A stretch of DNA of 64,000 bases, from NCBI GenBank assembly GCA_015258065.1, contig JABZIZ010000003.1, positions 76,649 through 140,648 of the forward strand. The letters are read 5' to 3'. Within the stretch, counting starts at the first letter, position 1, and every line of letters starts with the position of its first letter. Source of the DNA: Lachnospiraceae bacterium (GTDB lineage: Bacteria; Bacillota; Clostridia; Lachnospirales; Lachnospiraceae). A program made the translations under genes and the position numbers. This document shows, piece after piece, positions 1 through 10,010 of the stretch. The notes under the pieces are model-generated. The model saw nothing but the letters and a program-made list of their open reading frames with translations. It made no database searches and was not told the origin of the DNA.

Positions 1-754
1 AACGAACGACCTCCAGAATTCCTTTCTCCATCGCACGAAACAGGGAGAGGATCTGCTCGTTTCCAAGCTCACTTACAGGAAGATCCGGATCTATTTGACT
101 CCTAAAACAGATCTCCTGTGCCAGAATCGGCGAGAGTCCCGTGTAGCTGTTATACAAAGCCTGAAACACCGGTTGGGCTTTGAACCGCAGGCATTCCGAA
201 AAGGTGACGGCGTCCGCCTCCAGCGGATTCTTTTTATCTTGTGTCGAGGGGATAAAATAATCTTTCCCCGGCAAGACCTCTCTGACGGAAGATACCGAGG
301 CAGGCACCCTTCGGATCGCATCCAGAATGCGATTGTTCTCATCTAAGAAAATAATATTGGAGTATTTTCCCATCAACTCGATTAAAAGCGTCTTCCTGCA
401 TAGGTCTCCCATCTCATTTCGATGTTCCACTTCAAAGCGAAGGACACGCTCCAGTCCCGGCTGTGAGACCGATACGATGCGGCCGTTTTGCAAATGCTTG
501 CGAAGCAGCATACAGAAAGAAGGAGCGGCGGGAGGTGCCGCCTTCGTCTCCTCGCAAAGATAGGCAAGCGGTAAAGATGCCTGTGCGGAAAGATAAAGCT
601 TTACCTGTCTGCCTCGTCCCAAATCCTCCGCTGTTTTGATCGTAAAAAAAAGTTCGTCCTTTTCCGTTTGTACAATTTTCTGAATTCTGCCTTCGGTTAA
701 AAAATCTGCCAGTTCCTTCCTCAAGGCAGCAATGGTAAGTCCGTCCAGTGCCAT
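1..754 (-). CDS. rqcH: RqcH/FbpA-family protein, N-terminal part only; the gene continues past the window start
   Basis: Translated by hand from the ATG at 752-754 on the minus strand: MALDGLTIAALRKELADFLTEGRIQKIVQTEKDELFFTIK...LYLSAQASLPLAYLCEET...ELMGKYSNIIFLDENNRILDAIRRVPASVSSVREVLPG, which matches the NFACT-N domain. Absent from the ORF track because it runs off the edge. SD GGAGAA lies upstream. Confidence 0.7.
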   Translation of the reverse strand, partial: MALDGLTIAALRKELADFLTEGRIQKIVQTEKDELFFTIKTAEDLGRGRQVKLYLSAQASLPLAYLCEETKAAPPAAPSFCMLLRKHLQNGRIVSVSQPGLERVLRFEVEHRNEMGDLCRKTLLIELMGKYSNIIFLDENNRILDAIRRVPASVSSVREVLPGKDYFIPSTQDKKNPLEADAVTFSECLRFKAQPVFQALYNSYTGLSPILAQEICFRSQIDPDLPVSELGNEQILSLFRAMEKGILEVVR

Positions 755-766
755 GTATGTTCTCCT

Positions 767-806
767 GAAATATCAAAATAGCCGGCAGACAAGCAGTCTG
801 CCGGCT
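767..806 (-). terminator. Rho-independent terminator after efp
   Basis: 11-bp perfect stem agccggcagac / gtctgccggct (779-790 and 796-806) with loop aagca. On the minus strand it is followed by the U-rich tract ATTTTGATATTT. Confidence 0.55.
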
Positions 807-863
807 ATCATCCTCTTATCTATCTCTTCCGCAAATTTCTCCCATCCGGTATTGATACGGAGA

Positions 864-1421
864 TTATACCCGGCTGAGATATTCTCCCGTACGCGTATCA
901 ATCTTAATCTTATCCCCGGTAGACACAAACAAAGGTACATTCACTTGCGCACCTGTCTCTACTGTCGCAGGTTTGGTTGCGCCCGTTGCCGTATCCCCCT
1001 TGAATCCGGGTTCGGTCTCCGTGATTTCCAATTCTACAAAAAGAGGAGGCTCAATCGCAAAGACATTCCCATTATAGGAATTGACCTTGACCATTTCATT
1101 TTCTTTCACAAATTTAAGAGCATCCCCTACCACATCGCTGTTTAAGGCAATTTGCTCATAGGTTTCCGTATCCATGAAGTTAAACAAGTCACTGTCGGCA
1201 TAAAGATACTGCATGTCCTTCCGGTCCACGCGTGCCTGCGGAAACTTCTCGGTAGGACGGAATGTACGCTCCGTCACACCGCCATTAATAATGTCCTTTA
1301 ATTTGGTTCTGACAAAAGCCGCACCCTTGCCCGGCTTCACATGCTGGAATTCGATAATCTGACAGACATTCCCGTCCAGTTCAATCGTAATGCCGTTTCT
1401 GAAATCACTTGCGGAAATCAT
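864..1421 (-). CDS. efp: Elongation factor P
   Basis: 185 aa and alignable over its full length to EF-P, including the KPGKG loop region ([16 protein letters not shown]). Confidence 0.95.
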   Translation of the reverse strand: MISASDFRNGITIELDGNVCQIIEFQHVKPGKGAAFVRTKLKDIINGGVTERTFRPTEKFPQARVDRKDMQYLYADSDLFNFMDTETYEQIALNSDVVGDALKFVKENEMVKVNSYNGNVFAIEPPLFVELEITETEPGFKGDTATGATKPATVETGAQVNVPLFVSTGDKIKIDTRTGEYLSRV

Positions 1422-1533
1422 ATAAACCCTCCTGAAATATCGGTACCTTTTCTTTTTTTGTCTTCTTTAACTAGGATAGTTTAAACGATATCCGCCGTTT
1501 TTTCAACCGTTTTTCATGACCTTTTCTGTAAAT

Positions 1534-1638
1534 CATAGAACCCTGAGTCACGAACCCTTTCTATCAATCACAGATCCCTGAGTCGCAAACCTTTTCTATC
1601 CAATCACAGATCCATGAGTCGCAAACCTTTTCTATCAA
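1534..1638. repeat. Tandem direct repeat of about 35 bp, 3 copies (aatcaCAGAtCCcTGAGTCgCaAACCtTTTCTATC), between the hypothetical gene's stop and efp
   Basis: Read directly from the sequence. Copies begin near 1534, 1569 and 1605 with 2-4 mismatches each. The last copy overlaps the stop codon at 1635-1637. Confidence 0.8.
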
Positions 1639-2051
1639 CCTGATCGCTGTGTGGATCTCCGAATGACAATGCCATCTTCATCATTCACCATGATCTGACC
1701 ATTTTTATTGCCAACGAAATACTGGTATTCGTGTAACATCGTATCTTGTTCCATCCCAGAGATCGCTTTTTTCATTGCGCCACTCGCATAGCCCATTCCA
1801 TGCTTACCACTCAGGATACTTCCCTGTTCACTAAAAGAAATCTGCACATCTCCCGTGACTTCCGCTTCCTCTTTTTGCGGCAGAGAAGAAACTGTGAGAT
1901 CCTCCTGCTCGCCTGCGGATTCCCTGGCATTTTTCTGGGCAACCGGTGGATTCAAACGAAGGGATACAGCGTTATCTTCTGTGAGCGGAATATCATAGGA
2001 GCCGTATCTTGGCGAAAAGCTCGCAAAATTTACTACTTTCTCGATAGCCAT
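1635..2051 (-). CDS. Hypothetical protein, 138 aa, soluble and acidic, no family recognised
   Basis: ORF with a strong SD (GGAGAGGGAG) about 6 nt upstream of the ATG. A sigma-A-like promoter (TTATCA-16-TAGAAT) lies in 2052-2177. No transmembrane segment and no recognisable motifs. Confidence 0.5.
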   Translation of the reverse strand: MAIEKVVNFASFSPRYGSYDIPLTEDNAVSLRLNPPVAQKNARESAGEQEDLTVSSLPQKEEAEVTGDVQISFSEQGSILSGKHGMGYASGAMKKAISGMEQDTMLHEYQYFVGNKNGQIMVNDEDGIVIRRSTQRSG

Positions 2052-2177
2052 TGCTCCCTCTCCTTTCCCTGAAGTTTTCCCTAAAGGGGGATGGATTCTC
2101 CTTCAAAATGATTAAAAATCACTAAACGCTGTAACCATTCTATATATCGGCAATTATTTGATAATATTTAGCGATCT

Positions 2178-2978
2178 TTACGGTTTATCGTTTCTGTTTG
2201 CTCCCCGTATTCCCGCCGATTCCAGCAGTTGAATGGTATAGGGCTCCTGCGGCGTTCGGTAAAGCGTTTTTGTCTGTCCTCCTTCCACCACCCTTCCTTC
2301 TTTCAAAATCAGAATGTCATCGCAGAGCTGATAAAGGACTCGTAAATCATGGGAGATAAAAAGCATCGTCAAATGGAGCTCTTTTTGCAGTCTGGTAAAC
2401 GTTTTTAAAAGCTGCGCCTGAATGGTAACATCGAGTGCGGAAAGCGCTTCGTCGGCAATCAGGAGACGAGGGGAACGCATCAGTGCCATTCCGATCGCCA
2501 CCCTCTGTCGCTGTCCCCCTGATAGTGCCTGTGGAAAACGGGTCAGAATCTCTTTTGGCAATTCCACAAGAGGAAGCACCTCCATCACCCTTTGGCGCAC
2601 TTCTTCCCTCTTCCATTTCCGTCTCGGATCCGTCCGGAGAATTTCTTCCATTAACCAGCCGATTTTTTTTGCAGGATTCAAACTACTGTAAGGGTCCTGG
2701 AATACCATTTGCGGATAAGGGTCTGCACAGGAAATTCTCCCCTCCGTCTCGCGGTTTAACCTTACAATTGCTTTCGCCAGAGAAGATTTCCCACTTCCAC
2801 TTTCTCCCGCAATTCCCAGTACGCTTCCCTCCTTCACTGAAAAAGAGACATCATAGAGCACCTGCTTCTTTTTGGAGGAGAAAAAAAGAAGCGTGCCGCC
2901 TTCCTTGTAATAGACATTCAGATGCTCTACCGTTAACATCTTCTTAGGTTCCGTTCGCATGGTCTTTTGTTCAGTCAT
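2178..2978 (-). CDS. Peptide/nickel ABC transporter ATP-binding protein (OppF/DppF-like)
   Basis: Walker A GESGSGKSSL, ABC signature LSGGQRQRVAIGMAL, Walker B LLIADEALSALD, and the C-terminal oligopeptide-ABC extension. Confidence 0.85.
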   Translation of the reverse strand: MTEQKTMRTEPKKMLTVEHLNVYYKEGGTLLFFSSKKKQVLYDVSFSVKEGSVLGIAGESGSGKSSLAKAIVRLNRETEGRISCADPYPQMVFQDPYSSLNPAKKIGWLMEEILRTDPRRKWKREEVRQRVMEVLPLVELPKEILTRFPQALSGGQRQRVAIGMALMRSPRLLIADEALSALDVTIQAQLLKTFTRLQKELHLTMLFISHDLRVLYQLCDDILILKEGRVVEGGQTKTLYRTPQEPYTIQLLESAGIRGANRNDKP

Positions 2979-3789
2979 CCAGATTCACCACCGGAATCGC
3001 TTCCATTAAATTTTTCGTATACGTTTCCTTTGGAGACCGAAAGATGTCCGCAGTTCTCCCCTCTTCCACAATCCTTCCCCTCTGCATGACGATCACACGC
3101 TCGCAAAGCTGTGCTACAAGGCTCAGGTCATGCGAAATGAACAGGATTGCCGTTCCTCTCTTTTGATGGATCCTTTGCAACAGAAGAAGAATCTGTGCCT
3201 GGATGGTAACATCCAGTGCCGTTGTAGGTTCATCCGCAATTAAAATTTGAGGCTCACCGATCATCGCCGCAGCAATCATCACTCGCTGGCGCATTCCGCC
3301 CGAAAGCTCATGGGGATACATCCGGTAAATTCTTTCCACATCCTGTAACCCCGTTTTCTCCAGCAAAGAAAGTGCCCTTTTTTTACGCTCTCCTCTGGAA
3401 AGTTCCTTATGATGAATCCGCAGACTCTCCTCCACCTGTACTCCGATTTTAAGCAACGGGTTAAGAGAGGTCATCGGTTCTTGAAAGATCATGGAAATTT
3501 CGTTTCCCTGAAACGTCCGCAGCTTCTTTCTGCTACAGGTTAAAAGGTTCTCTCCTGCGAACAGGATTTCTCCCTCCCGTTTCATCAAACCTCGTCTGTT
3601 TAACAGTCCCGCAATGGCAAGCGCACTCATGCTCTTGCCGGAGCCTGACTCCCCCACGATGCCGACCACCTCCCCCGGATACAGAAGGAGATGAAAATCT
3701 TCCACCGCCGTCTCCGGTCTTGCATGATCAAAAAATTCAATATGTAAATTTTTTACTTCTAAAAGAGGTTGCTTCGTCATTTGCTCCAC
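2971..3789 (-). CDS. Peptide/nickel ABC transporter ATP-binding protein (OppD/DppD-like)
   Basis: GESGSGKS, LSGGMRQRVMIAAA, ILIADEPTTALD. Overlaps the previous gene by 8 nt, typical of an operon. Confidence 0.85.
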   Translation of the reverse strand: MEQMTKQPLLEVKNLHIEFFDHARPETAVEDFHLLLYPGEVVGIVGESGSGKSMSALAIAGLLNRRGLMKREGEILFAGENLLTCSRKKLRTFQGNEISMIFQEPMTSLNPLLKIGVQVEESLRIHHKELSRGERKKRALSLLEKTGLQDVERIYRMYPHELSGGMRQRVMIAAAMIGEPQILIADEPTTALDVTIQAQILLLLQRIHQKRGTAILFISHDLSLVAQLCERVIVMQRGRIVEEGRTADIFRSPKETYTKNLMEAIPVVNLDD

Positions 3790-4628
3790 ATTCCTTCCCT
3801 GGCGGATGCGGAAATACCTTCCCCGAGAAAAGAAAACCCAAGGACCATCAAAATCAGCACAACGCCAGGGGCGATGACGTAAAGAGGTATCGACAGCAAA
3901 TACGACTGTGCATCCGAGAGCATCTGCCCAAGCGACGCCCTCGGCGGCTGTGCACCGATCCCCAAAAAACTCAGTCCCGCCTCCGCTAAAACCGCATTAT
4001 TAAAGCCGATCATCAGAGAGGACATCAGAGTCGCAGAGGCATTCGGCAACATGTGCACAAAGAGGATCCGAAGGGTCGGTACCCTCTCCAACCTGGCGAA
4101 TGCGATATAATCTTCTTTCGCAATTTTCTTAAACTCGCTTCTCACAATCCGCGAAAAGCTCGGTATAAAGGCGATTCCCAGTGCAAACGCCACCTGAAAC
4201 GTCCCCGTTCCAAACAGAGAAACAAAGACCAGCGCCAGCAAAAGAGAGGGAAAAGCAAAAAGCGCATCCATCAGACGCATCAGCGTCTCATCCAGCCAAC
4301 CACCCAGATATCCGCAAAAAGCACCAATGAGTGTGCCTACTCCTGCACCAATCGTTACGGTCAGGATGGCGATCAGGAAGGTGATCCGGCTTCCATAGAG
4401 AACACGGCAAAAGATATCTCTGCCAAACTTATCCGTTCCCATCCAGTGACGCAACGATATCCCCTGATGCTTCTCCATGATATTCATTGCGGTCGGGTCA
4501 TACGGCATATAAAAAAAACTGACCAGCACGAACAGCGCCAATATTCCTGTAATCAGGGCTCCTATCCATAGATAGGGATTGATCTTTTGATTCTTACGAA
4601 ACATTTTCACTTTCAAAATATCCCTCAA
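3777..4628 (-). CDS. ABC transporter permease (OppC/DppC-like)
   Basis: Polytopic membrane protein with an EAA-like motif (ASLGQMLSDAQSY) and the N-terminal region typical of OppC. Confidence 0.85.
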   Translation of the reverse strand: MRDILKVKMFRKNQKINPYLWIGALITGILALFVLVSFFYMPYDPTAMNIMEKHQGISLRHWMGTDKFGRDIFCRVLYGSRITFLIAILTVTIGAGVGTLIGAFCGYLGGWLDETLMRLMDALFAFPSLLLALVFVSLFGTGTFQVAFALGIAFIPSFSRIVRSEFKKIAKEDYIAFARLERVPTLRILFVHMLPNASATLMSSLMIGFNNAVLAEAGLSFLGIGAQPPRASLGQMLSDAQSYLLSIPLYVIAPGVVLILMVLGFSFLGEGISASAREGMWSK

Positions 4629-5566
4629 ACATCTACCCGCGGATCCACGGCTCTACCAATCATGTCCACCATGAAATTGACCAGGAGGATGTACAGCGTC
4701 AATCCCATTAGAATTCCCTCGACCACAGGATAATCCCTATTCTGGATGGATGTGATCAGAATCGTGCTGATTCCGGGCAGTTTAAAGATCTTTTCTATCA
4801 CAATGGAACCGGCAACCAAATCACTGAGCGTCATTCCATAAAAATTGATGACCGGTAGAATTGCATTGCGAAGCACATGATGATACAAGACGCCGCTCAC
4901 CGTATTCCCCCTAGAATAAGCCGTTCTCGTATAATCTTTTTTTTCTTCTGAGAGCAAAGAAGAACGAAGCAGCCTTGTAGTCATTGCCGCCCTGGGAAGG
5001 GCCAAGGTAAAGGCAGGCAAAATCAAATATCCCAGAAAGCCGATGAAATTCTCCTGATAGGAGACATAAGCGCCGGGAACAAACCAGTGCAAAACGAGTC
5101 CAAAAAGTGCCGAAAACAGCATCCCGGAGAAAAAAGGAGGAATCGCCATAAACAGTTGTGAAAGCACCATCATGGATTGATCCAACCATCCATTTTCGAA
5201 TCTGGCACAAAGAATCCCAACCGGAAGGGAAAACAGCACCGTCATCCCGAAGGCAAGGAGGGAAAGAAACCCTGTGAGCGGGAGCTTTTCCGCAATGAGC
5301 CCCCCCACCGGTTCATCATAAAAATAGCTCATTCCCATATCCCCGTGCACAAGAGAAAAAAGCCACTCTGCGTACCTTTGCGAAAGTGGCTTCAAAAGAC
5401 CCATTTCCTGCCTCAGCCTATACAACTGTTGCGGTGTTCCCTCCGTCCCCAACTTCCTCAAGGCAGGATCTCCGGGGATCAGTGCAAACACCAGGAAAAT
5501 ACAGGCAGAAACCAAAAGCAGTGTCATCAGCATGACAAGAAATTTTTTGAAAAAAAACGCAATCAT
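4625..5566 (-). CDS. ABC transporter permease (OppB/DppB-like)
   Basis: 313 aa, six predicted transmembrane segments, BPD-transporter fold, 4-nt overlap with neighbouring genes. Confidence 0.85.
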   Translation of the reverse strand: MIAFFFKKFLVMLMTLLLVSACIFLVFALIPGDPALRKLGTEGTPQQLYRLRQEMGLLKPLSQRYAEWLFSLVHGDMGMSYFYDEPVGGLIAEKLPLTGFLSLLAFGMTVLFSLPVGILCARFENGWLDQSMMVLSQLFMAIPPFFSGMLFSALFGLVLHWFVPGAYVSYQENFIGFLGYLILPAFTLALPRAAMTTRLLRSSLLSEEKKDYTRTAYSRGNTVSGVLYHHVLRNAILPVINFYGMTLSDLVAGSIVIEKIFKLPGISTILITSIQNRDYPVVEGILMGLTLYILLVNFMVDMIGRAVDPRVDV

Positions 5567-7116
5567 GATGCCGGTTTAATCCTAGCAATATCTTGTGCAT
5601 AGAGCGGAAAAAAAGTGTATCCCGTAAATTTTTTATTCAGCGCCACATAGGACGGCAAATCCTGTAAATATACATTCGCCGCCTCATCAGAGAGGATGGT
5701 CTCACACTTTTTAAAGTAGGATGTACGCTCCTGCTCTTGTACCGCCGATTCCGCCTTTTGATAGGTTTCATCATAGGAATCGGAATGGAAATTGATAAAA
5801 TTATTCGGTGCACTTGAAACAAAACGCGACAACAGGGAGGAAGCCGATAAAGTGGAAGCATCCACTCCTATGACAGTTGCTTCATACTTCCGATGATTAT
5901 AGACGTCCTCCAGCCAACTGTTCCATTCCACTTCCTGGATATCAGCCTTGATACCCACCTCTTTCAGCTCCTGTGCAATCACCTGTGCTGTTTCGATATG
6001 CTGGTCATAGTTGGAAGCAACGGTAATGGTAAAAGAAAACCCGTTCGGATAACCCGCCTGCGCCAGCAGGCTCTTCGCCTTTTCCGGATCATGCGGATAT
6101 TTGTTTGCCAGTTCCGGAATAAAATATTTGCGAAAAGACGGGTACATACTGGAGCCAATGGGACTTCCCTTCCCGTTGGAAACAAAATCCATGATCTGTT
6201 TCACATCCACCGCATAGCACAGCGCCTGCCTCACCTTCTTGTCTTGAAAAGGCTTGACCGCATTGTTTAAATAGAGGGCCTGAACCAGATTCATGGTTCC
6301 CTCATAGATCTGAAATTGATCCGATAACTGACCAACCTGCTCCGGTGTCAGTCTGGCAAAGAGATCGACGCTGCCCGCTTCCATGTCCATGACAAGGGAA
6401 TCTGCATCCGACTCAATCTTCCAGGTCAAATTTCGAATCGAGGCTGCATGTGTCGGATCCCAATAATCGTCAAACTTTTTCATCACGATTTTTTCCTGAG
6501 GGGATCGGGAAACAAATTGATAAGGACCCGTTCCAATCGGTTGTTTATCCAGTTCCTGGTCCTTCTTCGGTACAATGGCTGCCGTACAGTTGGTAATGAA
6601 ATCCGCATCCGGTTGCTTTAAAACAAGTTCAATATGCCGATTGTCTGGCATCTTCACTTCTTTTACATTAGAAAAAGCCGATACCAACGGTTTCCCCGTT
6701 TTCGTACCGGCACATCTTTCTAAAGAATATTTCACATCCTCTGCCGTTACATTACTCCCATCATGGAATTTCACTCCGTCCCGTAAGGTAAACAAAATGG
6801 TTTTTGCATCTTTCGAGACCGTCCACGCACTGGCAACAGCAGGTTTCAAATCACCGTTTTCATCTGGTTTCACGAGCCCTTCAAAAACATTGAAAAGCAC
6901 TTCTCTTGTTCCTGCCGCCTGCGAAAGATGGGGGTCAAGACTGTCCAAATCCTGAAGAATTCCTACGGTGATGGAAGAAGCATCTGCCTTATCGCCCGAA
7001 TCCTGATGTTTTGATGAAATCGTCTCCTGCTCCGAAGACGAGCCGCATCCATTCAGTGCAATAGCCAGTGTCGTGAACATGGTCAGCAGAAGCATTCGAT
7101 ACGCTGGTTTCCTCAT
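5563..7116 (-). CDS. ABC transporter substrate-binding lipoprotein, solute-binding family 5 (OppA/DppA/NikA-like)
   Basis: Signal peptide and lipobox (LAIALNGCGSS). Start moved to the ATG at 7114-7116, which is preceded by the strong SD AAGGAGG. The longer 7155 start would read through that SD. Confidence 0.85.
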   Translation of the reverse strand: MRKPAYRMLLLTMFTTLAIALNGCGSSSEQETISSKHQDSGDKADASSITVGILQDLDSLDPHLSQAAGTREVLFNVFEGLVKPDENGDLKPAVASAWTVSKDAKTILFTLRDGVKFHDGSNVTAEDVKYSLERCAGTKTGKPLVSAFSNVKEVKMPDNRHIELVLKQPDADFITNCTAAIVPKKDQELDKQPIGTGPYQFVSRSPQEKIVMKKFDDYWDPTHAASIRNLTWKIESDADSLVMDMEAGSVDLFARLTPEQVGQLSDQFQIYEGTMNLVQALYLNNAVKPFQDKKVRQALCYAVDVKQIMDFVSNGKGSPIGSSMYPSFRKYFIPELANKYPHDPEKAKSLLAQAGYPNGFSFTITVASNYDQHIETAQVIAQELKEVGIKADIQEVEWNSWLEDVYNHRKYEATVIGVDASTLSASSLLSRFVSSAPNNFINFHSDSYDETYQKAESAVQEQERTSYFKKCETILSDEAANVYLQDLPSYVALNKKFTGYTFFPLYAQDIARIKPAS

Positions 7117-7175
7117 GTTACGATCCTCCTTATGTGTGTGATATGAAGTTTTCAAGTAATCATCATTTACAATGA

Positions 7176-7199
7176 GGGTGCAATCACAAACGGCACCCC
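7176..7199 (-). terminator. Hairpin directly after the nrdR stop; weak terminator or attenuator ahead of the peptide ABC operon
   Basis: ggggtgc...gcaccc stem. No clear U-tract follows, so termination is probably partial. Confidence 0.3.
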
Positions 7200-7204
7200 G
7201 GACA

Positions 7205-7666
7205 TCAGATTTTTTCTTTGTTAATGACTGCCTTTAGTTCATCCATGAACGTGTTAATATCTTTAAATTCGCGGTACACGGAAGCAAAACGGACATAGGC
7301 GACAGGATCCAAATCATGCATGTGGTTCATCACAATTTCGCCGATATCACGACTGGGAATCTCACGCTCACCCTTATTGAAAATTTCTGTCTCTACCGCA
7401 TCTACCACGTTGGAAATCTGTTCCGCACTAACCGGTCTTTTATGACAGGCCCGAAGAATCCCCGATTCGATCTTGGAGCGGGCATAAGGTTCTCTGTTGC
7501 TGTCCTTTTTGATTACAATAAGAGGAAGCGACTCCACCGTTTCATAGGTTGTAAACCGTTTTCTGCAAGAATCACAGATCCGACGTCTGCGAATGGATGT
7601 ATTCTCATCCGCCGGTCTGGAATCAATGACCCTTGTATCATCTTGCCCGCAATAGGGACACTTCAT
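7205..7666 (-). CDS. nrdR: Transcriptional repressor NrdR
   Basis: MKCPYCG...CDSCRKRF zinc ribbon plus an ATP-cone. 153 aa. Lies 33 nt downstream of ftsZ. Confidence 0.95.
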   Translation of the reverse strand: MKCPYCGQDDTRVIDSRPADENTSIRRRRICDSCRKRFTTYETVESLPLIVIKKDSNREPYARSKIESGILRACHKRPVSAEQISNVVDAVETEIFNKGEREIPSRDIGEIVMNHMHDLDPVAYVRFASVYREFKDINTFMDELKAVINKEKI

Positions 7667-7699
7667 AATGCTTCCCCTTTTAGAATGGTTTCAAGGCTA

Positions 7700-9061
7700 T
7701 TACCTTTTTTGGAGAAAATCCGGTATTTTCAAGTTCTTGGTCTGCACATTGCTCTTCACTTCTTCCGGTCTGCCAAGAACACCAGGGTTTGGTCTTGCCA
7801 CATTCTGTGTCTGAGGCAGAGGGGACACATGAGTCGCCTGCATCTGCTGCATGCTCGGCTGAGGCATCGGCTGTGCCACAGGTGTAGCTATGGGCTGCTG
7901 CGGCATCATCTGCTCCGAAGACGCATAGGAAACACCGGGCGACACCAAAGGTGAGGGAGCCGGACGCTGTCCCATCGCCATCTGCGGTGCCCCGTAAGTG
8001 GCAGAGTAGTTGGTCATCCCTGCATTAGACACTCTTGACTGAGCGGTCTGCATGTGCCCGATCGGGGCACGTCTGCCAATGCTCTTATCGTCAATTCCGG
8101 TAGCAATGACCGTAATCGTGCAGGCATCCGTACGATTCTCATCATATACAGATCCAAAAATAATATTCGCCTTATCTCCGGTGAGTTGTAAAATATAACC
8201 GGTTGCATCGGAAACATCTGCCAACGTAATATCCCCGGAAACATTGACGATCACATCCGTTGCGCCTGTAATAGTTGTCTCTAACAGAGGGGATTCAACC
8301 GCCAACTTCACCGCATCACTGGCCTTATGGTCTCCACTTCCACTACCAATGCCGATGTGTGCGAGCCCCTTCCCCTTCATTGCCGTTTGAATATCTGCAA
8401 AGTCAAGGTTAATCATACCGGGCACATTGATCAGATCCGTGATTCCCTGTACCGACTGCTGCAAGACCTCATCCGCCTTCTTCAGTGCGTCCGGCATAGA
8501 AGTCCGTCTATCCACGATCTCCAACAACTTATCGTTCGGAATGACAATCATGGTGTCTACATTCCCACGCAAATTTTCAATACCGATCAGGGCATTCTGC
8601 ATCCTCGTATGTGCTTCAAAACTAAAAGGCTTTGTCACAATTCCGACCGTAAGAATCCCCATGTCCTTCGCAATACCCGCAATAATAGGGGCTGCTCCCG
8701 TACCGGTACCGCCACCCATACCACAGGTCACAAAGACCATGTCCGCATTTTCGAGTGCCGATTTGATATCCTCTGCACTCTCTTCTGCAGCTTTCTGTCC
8801 TACTTCCGGTTTTGCGCCCGCACCAAGACCCTTGGTCAACTTCTCCCCTATTTGCAGAAGAGTAGGAGCCTTGCAGCGCTTCAAGTCCATCTGATCCGTA
8901 TTGACTCCGATAAATTCGACCCCGGTGATGTCCTCATCCACCATGCGGTTCACTGCGTTATTTCCGGCGCCACCCACCCCGACAACTATGATCTTGGCCC
9001 CGGCTTCCGCTTCATTTGACTTTATCTCCAGCAAAACAGCTCCTCCTTCGCAATTCTGCAA
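7700..9061 (-). CDS. ftsZ: Cell division protein FtsZ
   Basis: GGGTGTG tubulin signature and NTDQMDL motif. Long Pro/Gln-rich C-terminal linker, then the conserved C-terminal peptide (DIPDFLQKR). Confidence 0.97.
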   Translation of the reverse strand: MQNCEGGAVLLEIKSNEAEAGAKIIVVGVGGAGNNAVNRMVDEDITGVEFIGVNTDQMDLKRCKAPTLLQIGEKLTKGLGAGAKPEVGQKAAEESAEDIKSALENADMVFVTCGMGGGTGTGAAPIIAGIAKDMGILTVGIVTKPFSFEAHTRMQNALIGIENLRGNVDTMIVIPNDKLLEIVDRRTSMPDALKKADEVLQQSVQGITDLINVPGMINLDFADIQTAMKGKGLAHIGIGSGSGDHKASDAVKLAVESPLLETTITGATDVIVNVSGDITLADVSDATGYILQLTGDKANIIFGSVYDENRTDACTITVIATGIDDKSIGRRAPIGHMQTAQSRVSNAGMTNYSATYGAPQMAMGQRPAPSPLVSPGVSYASSEQMMPQQPIATPVAQPMPQPSMQQMQATHVSPLPQTQNVARPNPGVLGRPEEVKSNVQTKNLKIPDFLQKR

Positions 9062-9131
9062 TCCATAATAGCTATCATATAATCATTTTACAAAATACGC
9101 AACCCGTTTTTGATGTGTTTTTGTGTGATTT

Positions 9132-10010
9132 TTAAGACGTTTTTTCGTCAAAAGTAATATTTTTTTTGCCAGGTGTATAGTCTTTCATGTGCAGTATTCC
9201 GGATTTTCCCTTGAGTTCCGGCAGAATATGGGATAGCTGTGAAACTTTTTCATTCAGGTAGGAAGAATCTCCCAACTCCACATTCACCCCGTCAAAATAC
9301 AGGTAAACCTGGTAGTTTTTATCAAAAAGCATCCGGTCCGCTGAAAGTTGATACTTGGAAAGCAAATGCGTCATATCCAGAATCTCCGAAAAGACCTTCG
9401 GATCCTTCACCGGCAGTTTCTCGTGCATGACCACACAGTCTACGCCAAGCCCGATCACCTGTGGAATTCCCTTCGTCTTTTTCGAAGAAGCTTCTACGAC
9501 GATGCCTTCCCGATCAAAATAAATGTACTTTCCCAGATAATCAATATATCCTGCCAGCGCCTTTTCATATACTTTTATTTTTACCGTATGAGGGGACAAA
9601 ATATCCACATCCGTCTTTTCGATGAAAGGAATATGATCGATGCTTCTATTTCGGTACCGCAAGGATAAAAGGAGAGAATTATGACAAAAGGGGCCGCTCA
9701 TCACCATGTGGATGATCTCCCGGTCCGAGTAATGCGTATTCCCTTCCACATAAACTTCTGTCACACGATAGTTTTTATAAATAAAATAGGTGAGCCCTGC
9801 CAGCAATGCCAAAAAGATCAGCGGAAAAACAATGACCCAATAATGCGAGTGTCTCTTATCTGTATTTTGTCTGGTTCCCGTTTTCTTTCCTTGCCGAATC
9901 GATCTGATTTTTTCCTTCTTCTTTTTGTGCAGAGTGCTTCCGGCCTTTTTCTTTTTTTTGCTCATGAAATCGATATGCTCATCTCTGATATTCAATCCTG
10001 CGGGCGACAT
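9132..10010 (-). CDS. ftsQ: Cell division protein FtsQ/DivIB
   Basis: Lys-rich cytoplasmic N-terminus, one transmembrane segment, and a POTRA-like region (VTEVYVEGNTHYSDREI). Sits in the division cluster. The true start may be the downstream MSKKKKK at 9965, which would remove the 32-nt overlap with ftsW. Confidence 0.8.
   Translation of the reverse strand: MSPAGLNIRDEHIDFMSKKKKKAGSTLHKKKKEKIRSIRQGKKTGTRQNTDKRHSHYWVIVFPLIFLALLAGLTYFIYKNYRVTEVYVEGNTHYSDREIIHMVMSGPFCHNSLLLSLRYRNRSIDHIPFIEKTDVDILSPHTVKIKVYEKALAGYIDYLGKYIYFDREGIVVEASSKKTKGIPQVIGLGVDCVVMHEKLPVKDPKVFSEILDMTHLLSKYQLSADRMLFDKNYQVYLYFDGVNVELGDSSYLNEKVSQLSHILPELKGKSGILHMKDYTPGKKNITFDEKTS

Noticed and set aside
432-776. Minus-strand 114-aa ORF in the track (MIFQENIHGTGRTYHCC...), and the 91-342 and 95-346 ORFs
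   Set aside because: They are in the wrong frame. The real gene here is the RqcH/FbpA N-terminus, translated by hand in another minus-strand frame from the ATG at 754. It is missing from the track only because it runs off the window edge.
1534-1638. Possibility that the 35-bp tandem repeats are a CRISPR array; likewise the 36-bp repeats at 11355-11450
   Set aside because: The copies are contiguous with no unique spacers. Only 2.5-3 copies are present, and no cas genes are nearby.
5563-7155. Long 530-aa start for the substrate-binding protein
   Set aside because: It would translate through its own AAGGAGG SD. The ATG at 7114-7116 yields a standard lipoprotein signal peptide.
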